Part shown: piece by piece, positions 1 to 7,921 of the stretch
How positions within the stretch are numbered: the stretch's first letter is position 1
Layout: every line of letters begins with the position of its first letter
Virus record (IMG/VR): IMGVR_UViG_3300050821_008548
Coordinates: 1,562-65,561 of that record
Direction: 5' to 3' (one strand)
DNA length: 64,000 nt
DNA from: a virus
Lineage: Duplodnaviria > Caudoviricetes
Notes under the pieces: generated by a model
What the model was told of the DNA's origin: nothing
Database searches by the model: none
The model's input: only the letters and a program-made list of their open reading frames with translations
Made by a program: the position numbers and the translations under genes

Positions 1-53
1 GTTGGGCCTTCATCACCCAAGCGTGGCGAGCGTGTGAGACGGCTCAAGGACGC

Positions 54-419
54 GTGTACGAATTCGGCCCCGTTCAGCGCACCACTGATCCGCCGTATGA
101 GTTCCCGAAGGCGTGCTCAGTGACTGTCGATGTCCACAACACGGTTCCGGCCGGTGGTTTGCCGCCCGATCATGGCAAGTATGCTCACTGGTTCTCACCG
201 GCCAGGCTGGCGCGCCTGCTATGGGAGACCAACCCCCGCGTCACCGCCTTCATCGCCCAGGTCTCCGACAGCATCCTGCGTGAAGGCCCGGGCGAGTACG
301 TGATCGACGCGGGGCGGGCGTCGGTGGCGAGAGAGCGGGCGTGGACCCGAGACGAAGGGAATTGGCGTAGCGAAGCCGAAATCCGCGCTGCGGCCATCTT
401 CGCGGAGGCCTCGAAGTAG
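54..419 (+). CDS. Hypothetical early protein (start uncertain)
   Basis: 121-aa ORF in the same orientation as the downstream operon. Confidence 0.5.
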   Translation: MYEFGPVQRTTDPPYEFPKACSVTVDVHNTVPAGGLPPDHGKYAHWFSPARLARLLWETNPRVTAFIAQVSDSILREGPGEYVIDAGRASVARERAWTRDEGNWRSEAEIRAAAIFAEASK

Positions 420-501
420 TCGTGACCCCCGACGACGCCAGCGCGTTTCTGTTCTGCCTCGGCCTCATGCTGGTCCTGGCGGGGTGGGTGGGGAGGATGC
501 C

Positions 502-846
502 GTGAGTCGCCAGGCCATCCTCATCTCGCGCGGCGAGGCGGCGGAGCTCTGCGGTGTTTCGGTCGACACGTTCGACGAACGGGTGCGGCCGTACGTGCTG
601 ACGAAACGGATCGGGAGACGGGTTCTGATCGAAGAAGGGAGCTTGCTCGAATGGGTCGGCCATCAAAAGGGCTCAAACTCGAATGGCGCCGCGGCATCGG
701 CTACGCGCGGTTCACGCACGGGCGCCGCGAACACCTTGTCAGCACCGGCAAAAGAGATCCTGGGGCGGCTCAGGAAGAGGCAGATCGCATCTTCCGGCGC
801 GTCGTCGGAGGCACCGCCGCCAGGCCCTCGTCCACCCGAGACCTGA
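502..846 (+). CDS. xis: Excisionase / recombination directionality factor (HTH_17-like)
   Basis: LISRGEAAELCGVSVDTF...KRIGRRVLI...LLEW winged-HTH pattern; GGAGGA before GTG 502; overlaps the 5' end of the integrase. Confidence 0.75.
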   Translation: MSRQAILISRGEAAELCGVSVDTFDERVRPYVLTKRIGRRVLIEEGSLLEWVGHQKGSNSNGAAASATRGSRTGAANTLSAPAKEILGRLRKRQIASSGASSEAPPPGPRPPET

Positions 847-2072
847 AGACCGCGGACTTGCCGGTGCTCTTCGCTGAGTGGCTCGCCTCGCTACAGGGCC
901 AGCTCGACGTCGAGACGCTCCGCACCTACGAGGTCACCTACTGCGGCAAGCACTGGCCCGCGCACTACAGCACCCTGGCCGACATGTGCTCGCGGATGGC
1001 GCGCGAGCGCTACCGGACCGCGCGCCTCAAGGTGGCCACTGCCAAGACGGTGAAGAAGGAGACGTGGTCGCAGGACAAGTTTCTGCGCTGGTGTGAGGAG
1101 CGGGAGCTGATTCCCGAGGAGATGCTGCCGAGGCGGCTGCGGTGGAACAAGGGGACGCTCGGCACCAGGACCGGCCGCCAGCGAGAGCACGCGCGCCAGC
1201 TCACCGAGGTCGACGTGGTGACGTTCCTGGGGGAGCTCCCGGCGTGGCGAGAGGTCGGTGGGCGGGCGGTGAAGAAGAAGCCGTTCCCGGTTCGCGATCG
1301 ATACCTCTTCGGGTACGAGACGGGCTTCCGCCCGGCGACGCTCGACGGGCTCGTATGGGCCGACTGGGTAGACCCGTCCGCGCTACGCGTCCGTGACGAG
1401 GTCGACAAGATCCGGTTTGGACGCATTGTCCCCCTCAGCGTCCCCGCTAAGAACGCCTTGCTGCGGGTCCAGTTCGAGAGCCGCGAGCGCGGTCTGCCCA
1501 CCGGGCCGCAGGATGCCATCTTCGGCAAGCACCGGAGCGGCAAGACCATCGCCAAGGCCGCCAAGGCGGCGGGGCTCGACGGCGTCGCCCCCTACGACCT
1601 CCGCCATGCGCGAGCCACCCACCTGGCGGACGCTGGTGCCCCCATCACCGGCATCGGCTACCTCGTCGGACACCGGCAGGCGACCACCACCAACCGCTAC
1701 CTCCACCAATCCGAGCGCGCGGCGCGTCTGGCCCTCGGTACCGACAACTCATCCGGGAATCCGGTACGTACCGCAAACACCGAGGAGAAAACAGGGTGGC
1801 CGACGGGCTCTGACCCCGCGACCTCTGGAGCCACAAGGCAGTTGCCGGCGGCTGGCGACTCGGTAATTACGCCTGATCGGAAACCGGTTTCCGGTACAGA
1901 CGCCGCCCAAAACCGTTTAGGAGGGCCTGACGCGGAGGTTGGGCCGGATACTCGCGAGGCGTTCGCGGAGGCGATCCTGGGGCCTCGTGGGGCCACCAAA
2001 CCGTGGCTCTATGAGGCGGCCTGCGGGCTCGTCTGTCGGCGCCCGGACGTGGTGACTGGGGGCGCGTCATGA
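651..2072 (+). CDS. int: Tyrosine recombinase (phage integrase) with long C-terminal extension
   Basis: TGFR (catalytic R), YDLRHARAT (HxxR box, H replaced by Y), VGHRQATTTNRY (H and Y nucleophile). Confidence 0.93.
   Translation: MGRPSKGLKLEWRRGIGYARFTHGRREHLVSTGKRDPGAAQEEADRIFRRVVGGTAARPSSTRDLKTADLPVLFAEWLASLQGQLDVETLRTYEVTYCGKHWPAHYSTLADMCSRMARERYRTARLKVATAKTVKKETWSQDKFLRWCEERELIPEEMLPRRLRWNKGTLGTRTGRQREHARQLTEVDVVTFLGELPAWREVGGRAVKKKPFPVRDRYLFGYETGFRPATLDGLVWADWVDPSALRVRDEVDKIRFGRIVPLSVPAKNALLRVQFESRERGLPTGPQDAIFGKHRSGKTIAKAAKAAGLDGVAPYDLRHARATHLADAGAPITGIGYLVGHRQATTTNRYLHQSERAARLALGTDNSSGNPVRTANTEEKTGWPTGSDPATSGATRQLPAAGDSVITPDRKPVSGTDAAQNRLGGPDAEVGPDTREAFAEAILGPRGATKPWLYEAACGLVCRRPDVVTGGAS
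1794..1836 (-). other. attP core: 3' half of a tRNA-His(GTG) gene, inside int
   Basis: Reverse complement reads TTGTGGC TCCAG AGGTC GCGGG GTCAGAG CCCGT CGGCCAC CC = anticodon loop, 3' anticodon stem, variable loop, T-arm and acceptor 3' strand; no 5' half present. Confidence 0.8.
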
Positions 2073-2248
2073 GCGTCGTGATCGAATCCCTCCGCCTCCC
2101 CAACCGCACCCGCGCGACCTACCGCGTCCGCTGTGGCGGTTGCAACCGCACTTACATCACTACCCAGCCGCGCACCAACATCGAGCGCCTGCGCCACTGC
2201 CAGGGGTGCGTGAAGCGCGACCGGCTCGGACGGAGGGTCCGGACGTGA
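2069..2248 (+). CDS. Small zinc-finger protein (59 aa)
   Basis: ATGA-coupled to int stop; CGGC...CQGC. Confidence 0.6.
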   Translation: MSVVIESLRLPNRTRATYRVRCGGCNRTYITTQPRTNIERLRHCQGCVKRDRLGRRVRT

Positions 2249-2448
2249 ACTCCCGCACCGACTACTTCGCCGATCTCTATTGGCGCGCCCCTGCCCTCTG
2301 GGCCCACCACGCGCGTCTGGTGCGCCCCTGCCTTCGGGCGGCCGCCGCGCGCGCGCTGTGGGCTGCCCTGGCGGGAGATGAGGTCCGCTTTGCCGACGCG
2401 ATGCGGAGCGTAAACGACTGTCTCGCGCAGCTCGGAGGCGCCCCGTGA
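2245..2448 (+). CDS. Hypothetical protein
   Basis: GTGA-coupled on both sides. Confidence 0.55.
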   Translation: MNSRTDYFADLYWRAPALWAHHARLVRPCLRAAAARALWAALAGDEVRFADAMRSVNDCLAQLGGAP

Positions 2449-2642
2449 ACTACCGCACCGACCCTCGACTAAGCGACCGCGCCTTCTTCATCGTGACGGT
2501 CTCGGTCCTGGCCGTCGTCATCGGCCTGGTCACCGCGGGACTCTACGAGTCGGCGTCGTCGGAGTGCGACAGCCGCCACGGGGTGCTGGTGCGGGATGCG
2601 TGGGGGTTCGGGTGGGATTGCGTCCGCGAGGCCAAGCCATGA
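2445..2642 (+). CDS. Small membrane protein
   Basis: One hydrophobic helix (FFIVTVSVLAVVIGLVTAGL); coupled overlaps. Confidence 0.6.
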   Translation: MNYRTDPRLSDRAFFIVTVSVLAVVIGLVTAGLYESASSECDSRHGVLVRDAWGFGWDCVREAKP

Positions 2643-2902
2643 GCGCCATCGTCACCGACCCGCGCTGCCCGAAGCATCCGGGCCATCAGGTGTATCTGAG
2701 CTGGCAGAGCTGGCACGACTGGGGGCAGTGGGTCTGCTCCGCCTGCCGACGGCCGCTCGGACTCGCGGCGCGTTCGGGGATTTGCGGCGGCCGCGCGCCG
2801 TGGCCCCAGGGTCGCACCCAGAAGCCGCGGGACATGGCGACCGACAAGGTCGACTGGGACTGGGTCTTTGCAGAGCAAGAGAGAAGGAGCAACGCGACAT
2901 GA
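2639..2902 (+). CDS. Hypothetical Cys/His-rich protein
   Basis: CPKH...CSAC; ATGA coupling. Confidence 0.55.
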   Translation: MSAIVTDPRCPKHPGHQVYLSWQSWHDWGQWVCSACRRPLGLAARSGICGGRAPWPQGRTQKPRDMATDKVDWDWVFAEQERRSNAT

Positions 2903-3165
2903 CCACCACCCAACCCAACCCCCGCCGCGGCTTCGCGGCCATGCCACCCGAGCGCCGTCGCGCCATCGCCAGCGCCGGAGGCAAGGCCTCGCAGGCGTCC
3001 GGCCGCGCGCACCACTTCACGCCCGACACGGCGAGCGACGCGGGGCAGCTCGGGGGAGCGGCGCTCGTGGCGAGCCGGGGCGATGGGTACATGGCGGAGA
3101 TCGGTAGGCGCGGGGGGAAGAAGAGGGCGGGGAATGCGGCGGCGCGGAAGGGAGAAGCGACGTGA
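2899..3165 (+). CDS. KGG-motif (YciG/GsiB-like) small stress-type protein
   Basis: RRGFAAMPPERRRAIASAGGKAS...AHHFT...MAEIGRRGG; AGGAG upstream. Confidence 0.75.
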   Translation: MTTTQPNPRRGFAAMPPERRRAIASAGGKASQASGRAHHFTPDTASDAGQLGGAALVASRGDGYMAEIGRRGGKKRAGNAAARKGEAT

Positions 3166-3389
3166 AGTCCCTCGCCCCCATCTTCCCGCCGACGCCGAGC
3201 CCGCAGCTTCCGCGCATCGGCCCCTGGCGCCGCGTCGTCGAGTGCATCGGCTACCTCGCCCGAGGCAACGCGCGCGTCCTGTTCTTCAAGCTCGAGTGCG
3301 ACCACGAGGTGGGAAGGGTTGATGATCGGAGCGGGGCGGTGAGGGCGGGGTGCTACTGCGAGCACTGTGGGACGCGGGAGGGGCGATGA
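3162..3389 (+). CDS. Hypothetical protein
   Basis: GTGA/ATGA coupled; LECDH...CEHC. Confidence 0.55.
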   Translation: MKSLAPIFPPTPSPQLPRIGPWRRVVECIGYLARGNARVLFFKLECDHEVGRVDDRSGAVRAGCYCEHCGTREGR

Positions 3390-4207
3390 CCGAGGCCGCG
3401 TCCATCCCCGACGTGCTCGAGGGCCGCGCCACGTGGTGCGTCGTCGAGGGCGATTGCCTGCCGGTTCTTGGCAAACTGACCGAGCTGTCGATCGACGCCA
3501 TCATCACGGATCCGCCATACAGCGCTCACGTCCACAAGTCCGTGCGCTCCGCGAAGACCAACGACCTGCCAGACGTCGCGGAGTTCGAGTGCCGGACGCG
3601 GCGCCAAGTCGATCTTGGGTTCGAGCACCTAACGGCCACGCTCCGGCGTCGGTGCGCGCGCGAGTTCTCTCGCCTTGCTCGGCGCTGGGTCTGCGTCTTC
3701 TCCGACGAGGATTCGATGTGGAAGTGGCGGCTCTCACTGGAGTCTTCTGGGCTGCAGCACGTCCGGTCGTGCTTCTGGGTTCGCGTCGGCGGAGCTCCGC
3801 AGTTCACAGGAGATCGGCCCGCCGTCGGCGTCGAGGCCATCACGGTCGCCCACCCGCCCGGGCGCAAGCGGTGGAACGGTGGCGGTAAGGTTGGCATCTA
3901 CGCCCACCCGATTGTTGCCAACCGGCTAGGCCAGAGAGGCAGCCGCGTGCACCCGACGCAGAAGCCGGTCGAGTTGATGCTCGACCTGATCCAAGACTTC
4001 ACCGAGCCAGGGGAGGTTGTTTTGGATCCGTTCGCGGGATCGGGAACCACTGGGGTGGCGGCCCTCCGTCGTGGACGGAGGTTCATCGGGATCGAGCGCA
4101 TGCCGGATCATGCGGCGACGGCTCGCGAGCGGCTGGCGGCGGAAGCGCTGGGGGATTCGGTGAATTCTGTACGGGCGAAGCAGGTGCCCATGTTCGGAGT
4201 GAAGTAA
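3386..4207 (+). CDS. N4-cytosine/N6-adenine DNA methyltransferase (beta class)
   Basis: [33 protein letters not shown] motifs. Confidence 0.92.
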   Translation: MTEAASIPDVLEGRATWCVVEGDCLPVLGKLTELSIDAIITDPPYSAHVHKSVRSAKTNDLPDVAEFECRTRRQVDLGFEHLTATLRRRCAREFSRLARRWVCVFSDEDSMWKWRLSLESSGLQHVRSCFWVRVGGAPQFTGDRPAVGVEAITVAHPPGRKRWNGGGKVGIYAHPIVANRLGQRGSRVHPTQKPVELMLDLIQDFTEPGEVVLDPFAGSGTTGVAALRRGRRFIGIERMPDHAATARERLAAEALGDSVNSVRAKQVPMFGVK

Positions 4208-4231
4208 CGCGATGACGCCCGGAAAGGCCCG

Positions 4232-4984
4232 TTGATCTACGTCATGCAAGGAGACCCCGGAAAAGTAAAGATTGGTCTGACCTCAGGTCCGGTGGAGAAA
4301 CGGCGCCGCGGCCTCGCCACGGGACACGCAAGCCTCCTTAGGGTGCTCCACACCATGCCCGGAGGCAGGCCAGAGGAGACGGCGCTCCACCGAAGGTTTG
4401 CGCAGTACAAGGTTAGAGGAACTAAGGAGTGGTTCTGGGAGACTGAGGAGGTCCTCGCTTGGTTGGAGACGCTGGATCGTCATGCGGAGCTCTCTGACGA
4501 AGAGACGGCGCTGGAGTGGCTCGCCCGGGTTGGCAGCAAAGAGTCTCTGGCGGCTAAGGCCGAGTGGGATCGGCTGCGCGCGTTCCTCCTCGAGAGTAGG
4601 GGCCGAATTGTTGGTGGATGGACCCTGTGGGACATCTTGGCTGGGGCTCACAAGGGCGTCTACGAGCCGCTGTATGGGCGCAACGTCGTCCTGGTACGAA
4701 AGCGTGGCCCCAGGGGGCCTAGCGCCAAAGACGAGATGTTTTCATTTCCCATCTTCGTCGAGGCCTGTCGCCGTCAGGGTATGTCTGAGCCGGCAAACGC
4801 CATCGTCACCGGAGTCCGTCCACGAAGCCACCGCAAGCCGCAACCGGGGCGGTGGTCGGGCTCATCGCTTCGCGGCTACCGATCCCCATCGGCTGCCGAC
4901 ACGCCGAGCCAGACGACGCCGGTCTCGAGGACCGCCGACACGGTGTTGGATGGCCAAACCACCCTCTTCGGAGCCGCCAAGTGA
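4232..4984 (+). CDS. T5orf172/MUG113-like GIY-YIG domain protein
   Basis: IYVMQ...VKIGLT...RR..L.TG...E..LHRRF...EWF. Confidence 0.8.
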   Translation: MIYVMQGDPGKVKIGLTSGPVEKRRRGLATGHASLLRVLHTMPGGRPEETALHRRFAQYKVRGTKEWFWETEEVLAWLETLDRHAELSDEETALEWLARVGSKESLAAKAEWDRLRAFLLESRGRIVGGWTLWDILAGAHKGVYEPLYGRNVVLVRKRGPRGPSAKDEMFSFPIFVEACRRQGMSEPANAIVTGVRPRSHRKPQPGRWSGSSLRGYRSPSAADTPSQTTPVSRTADTVLDGQTTLFGAAK

Positions 4985-5247
4985 CCCCCCACCCCATCAC
5001 CCAACCCGACGCCGGCGCTACGATCCACCTCTTCACGACCTGCAGGGTGTGCCTGCGCCTGCGGCGCGCGCTGAAGGAGCCGGAGTTCGTGTGTTCAGAG
5101 TGCGAGGCGGCCAGTGTGGCAGCCATCCGGGCCGCGGCCCGGAGAGATTCCGATGCATGGGTCCGGGAGCTCGTGGTGAGCCTGCTGATCGTCGGGGCGT
5201 TCGTGGCCTTGATGGCGTTTGCTAACGCGGTGAGGCCGTGGCTGTGA
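4981..5247 (+). CDS. Zn-finger membrane protein
   Basis: CRVC...CSEC plus C-terminal hydrophobic helix; GTGA coupled. Confidence 0.55.
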   Translation: MTPHPITQPDAGATIHLFTTCRVCLRLRRALKEPEFVCSECEAASVAAIRAAARRDSDAWVRELVVSLLIVGAFVALMAFANAVRPWL

Positions 5248-6215
5248 CCGAACCTCTCCGCGCCCCCTTCCCGTACTTCGGCGGCAAGCGCACGATCGCC
5301 GAGACGGTCTGGCGCGCCTTCGGGCGCCCCAAGCAGTACATCGAGCCGTTCTGCGGCAGCGCCGCGGTGCTCCTCTCAGCGCCGGAGCCTGCCTCGCTAG
5401 AGGTCATCGGAGACGCCAACGGCTTCATTGCGAATTTCTGGCGCGCGACCGTGGCTCAGCCAGAGGAGGTCGCGCGATGGGCAGACTATCCCGTCTCCCA
5501 CGTCGACCTCGGCGCGCGCCACGTCTGGATGATGGGCGAGCGCGATCGTGTTGGCGCCGAGCTGCAGGACCCCAACTGGCCCGGGGACGCCAAGCTCGCC
5601 GGCTGGTGGCTTTGGGGTCAGTGCTCCTGGATCGGCAGTGGGTGGTGCGAATGGACCGGCCAGGTCCCGCATGTCGGCAACGCAGGGAGGGGCATCCAGG
5701 CCACCGGCCAGGTCCCGCATGTCGGCAACGCAGGGAGGGGCATCCAGGCCACCGGCAAGGTCCCGCATGTCAGCGACGCAGGGAGGGGCCCAGATCTCTG
5801 GACCTCTTCGGGACATGTAGCGATGCGGTGGCTCCGGGAGCTCGCCGACCGGATGGAGCGCGTCCGTGTCGTCCACGGAGCCTGGGACCGGTGCCTAAAC
5901 TCGCACTACGGAGGGGCCGACACCGCGGTATTCCTCGACCCTCCGTACAAGGCGTTCGAGAAGCTGTACGGGGCGGGTGAGGCGCTAGTCGCCGCCGAGG
6001 CCGAGGCATGGGCACGCGAGAATGCGTCGCTTCGCGTGGCGCTCTGCGGGCACCGCGGTGACTACGAGCTTGATGGCTGGGTGCAGCACAACTGGGACCG
6101 CTGTCGGATGACGTACGCGGGGAACAAGACGAGCGCGGAGGAGTGCATATGGTTCTCGCCCGCGTGCCTGCCATTGCTCGATAAGCAGCGGAAGCTGTTT
6201 GGAGATGCGGCATGA
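5244..6215 (+). CDS. Dam-like (D12 class) N6-adenine DNA methyltransferase
   Basis: PFPYFGGK, YIEPFCGSAAV, FLDPPY, C-terminal E-x-x-W. Confidence 0.88.
   Translation: MTEPLRAPFPYFGGKRTIAETVWRAFGRPKQYIEPFCGSAAVLLSAPEPASLEVIGDANGFIANFWRATVAQPEEVARWADYPVSHVDLGARHVWMMGERDRVGAELQDPNWPGDAKLAGWWLWGQCSWIGSGWCEWTGQVPHVGNAGRGIQATGQVPHVGNAGRGIQATGKVPHVSDAGRGPDLWTSSGHVAMRWLRELADRMERVRVVHGAWDRCLNSHYGGADTAVFLDPPYKAFEKLYGAGEALVAAEAEAWARENASLRVALCGHRGDYELDGWVQHNWDRCRMTYAGNKTSAEECIWFSPACLPLLDKQRKLFGDAA
5655..5789 (+). repeat. 48-bp in-frame tandem repeat (2 exact copies plus 1 partial, diverged copy)
   Basis: Units start at 5655, 5703 and 5751 and encode TGQVPHVGNAGRGIQA. Confidence 0.95.
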
Positions 6216-6481
6216 GCCATCAGAGCATCCATCCGGCGTGCTGCCCTGCGTGCGGCTGCAAGAGCCCGGAGACCGCGGCCGGGGAGCGGTGTGCGTACTG
6301 CCGATGCGTCAAGTCGGAGTTCGGAACGCCGTGGATCGTGGGTGGGGAGCCGCGGGCGCCGGCCCCCGCGCCAGAGACGGCGTCGTGGGCTTGCGACGCG
6401 TGCGGGACGGAGAGCGTGAGCCTTGAGGCGGTCGTGGCGTGCTGGCGGTGTGGTGGGGGGTTGAGGAGGGTGGCTGTTTGA
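6212..6481 (+). CDS. Cys-rich zinc-finger protein
   Basis: Four CxxC pairs; coupled overlaps. Confidence 0.55.
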   Translation: MSHQSIHPACCPACGCKSPETAAGERCAYCRCVKSEFGTPWIVGGEPRAPAPAPETASWACDACGTESVSLEAVVACWRCGGGLRRVAV

Positions 6482-7422
6482 GCGACTGGGTCCGATTCCA
6501 CAGAGAGCTCCGCCAGGGCGACAAGCGGGGGCTCCCGCGCTCCACGCGCTTCATCTACATGGAGCTCAGCCAAGAGGCTCGTCGCCTTCACGGAGTCATC
6601 CCGTTACCGATCGGTATGGGTGGTCTCGACGGCGTCTGCGACATCCTCGGTGGCAACCGACGAGAGGTCGTCGAGGCACTCCGAACGCTCACGGACGGCC
6701 CCACCCCGATGCTCTCTTTCCAGGAGATCGACGGGAAAAGGGTGCTTGTGGTGACGGAGTGGGAGAAGTGGAACCCGGCCGACAGGACCGCGGCGGAGAG
6801 GCAGCAGAGGAGGCGTGACGAGGAGAAGAGAAAGCGTGACGCGAATCGTGACGTCACGCGTGACAGTCACGGTTTGGATCGTGACATGTCACGGGGCGTC
6901 ACGGACCCGCGCGCGCACGCGCGCCTCTCCTCTCCTCTTCCTGATCTCGGAGAGGGGGTCCAGGGGGAGCCCCCAACCCCGGAGCCGGCAGAGTCCGGGA
7001 CGATGCCCATCAGGACTGCGCACGACGCCATGGGTATGTGTGCGGACACATGGGTCGAAGGCGTCAAGGCATTCACCGGAAAGCCGTTCTCGGGCATGAC
7101 GCACGGACAACGACGAACGCTCGTCGAGACGCTCGAGGCTCACTGCCCGAAGGGGACGGAGATCACCGAATGGGCCCGCGCAAGGGGCTCAGCGTTCGCC
7201 AAGGCGCGCGCTGGCAAGACCCTGAGCGCCCTGACCTTCGCCGACTGGATGAACAGTCCTGAGGCCATCCCCGCGTTAGCAAACCCGTACGACGGGCCCA
7301 CGGTCCGCGCCGACCGCGCGCGCAGACAGCAGAGCGATCGCGAGCACCAGGAGAAGGCCATACCGGCAGCTCAGGCCCTGAAAGACATCTTGCCTGCCCT
7401 CGCCAAACGCGGAGCCGCATGA
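6478..7422 (+). CDS. Phage replication initiation protein (lambda O-like architecture)
   Basis: N-terminal W-x-R-F HTH-type domain, WEKWN then AERQQRRR linker, internal iteron cluster, helical C-terminal domain. Confidence 0.7.
   Translation: MSDWVRFHRELRQGDKRGLPRSTRFIYMELSQEARRLHGVIPLPIGMGGLDGVCDILGGNRREVVEALRTLTDGPTPMLSFQEIDGKRVLVVTEWEKWNPADRTAAERQQRRRDEEKRKRDANRDVTRDSHGLDRDMSRGVTDPRAHARLSSPLPDLGEGVQGEPPTPEPAESGTMPIRTAHDAMGMCADTWVEGVKAFTGKPFSGMTHGQRRTLVETLEAHCPKGTEITEWARARGSAFAKARAGKTLSALTFADWMNSPEAIPALANPYDGPTVRADRARRQQSDREHQEKAIPAAQALKDILPALAKRGAA
6814..6903. promoter_or_regulatory. Putative replication origin (CGTGAC/GTCACG iterons)
   Basis: Nine copies in 90 bp: forward at 6814, 6835, 6847, 6859, 6880; reverse at 6853, 6866, 6888, 6898. 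Confidence 0.65.
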
Positions 7423-7661
7423 ACGCCACCCTCAAAATAGGCCGCCGCCATCGCTACAACCTCAACCTCAAGCTGTCCGGCCGCTGCAGGGTCTGCGGCG
7501 CCCCCGCCGTGGTGGTTCGGTTCTGCAAGGAGCACAACGACCAGGAGAACGCCCGCCGACGGGCTCGCTGGGCCAACGGCCCCAAGAACCGAAGCGACGG
7601 CACCCCGGAGGCGCTCGAGCGGCGACGCATCGCGCAGCGGGCGCGGAGGGCCGCCCAATGA
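7419..7661 (+). CDS. Basic zinc-finger protein
   Basis: CRVC...CKEH, Arg-rich; ATGA coupled. Confidence 0.55.
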   Translation: MNATLKIGRRHRYNLNLKLSGRCRVCGAPAVVVRFCKEHNDQENARRRARWANGPKNRSDGTPEALERRRIAQRARRAAQ

Positions 7662-7921
7662 CCTCCTGCCCCTCCGGCCACCCCTACACGAAGGCCAACG
7701 CTCGCCGGCGACGCGACAGGCCAGGGCCCCAGTGCTGGACGTGCCTCCGCGATCGCGCCAACCGCGTCTGGCGCCAGCGCATCGCCTCGGGCCTCTGCGG
7801 CTACTGCGGCGTGGCGGCGCTCGAGAGTAAGACCCGATGCAGCTGGTGCCTTGGGGACCATCGGGCGGCGCAGAAGGTGCGCCGGGCCGAGAGGCGGGAG
7901 GGGGTGGCGAATGTCGCCTAG
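7658..7921 (+). CDS. Cys-rich basic protein
   Basis: CPSGHPY...CWTC...CGYC...CSWC. Confidence 0.55.
   Translation: MTSCPSGHPYTKANARRRRDRPGPQCWTCLRDRANRVWRQRIASGLCGYCGVAALESKTRCSWCLGDHRAAQKVRRAERREGVANVA

Noticed and set aside
1794-1836. Complete tRNA gene
   Set aside because: Only the 3' half is present; no D-arm or 5' acceptor strand can be formed from 1837-1875
5655-5789. CRISPR-like repeat
   Set aside because: Units are directly adjacent without spacers and in frame within the MTase
3386-6215. Complete restriction-modification system
   Set aside because: No recognisable restriction endonuclease; orphan MTases are common in temperate phage early regions
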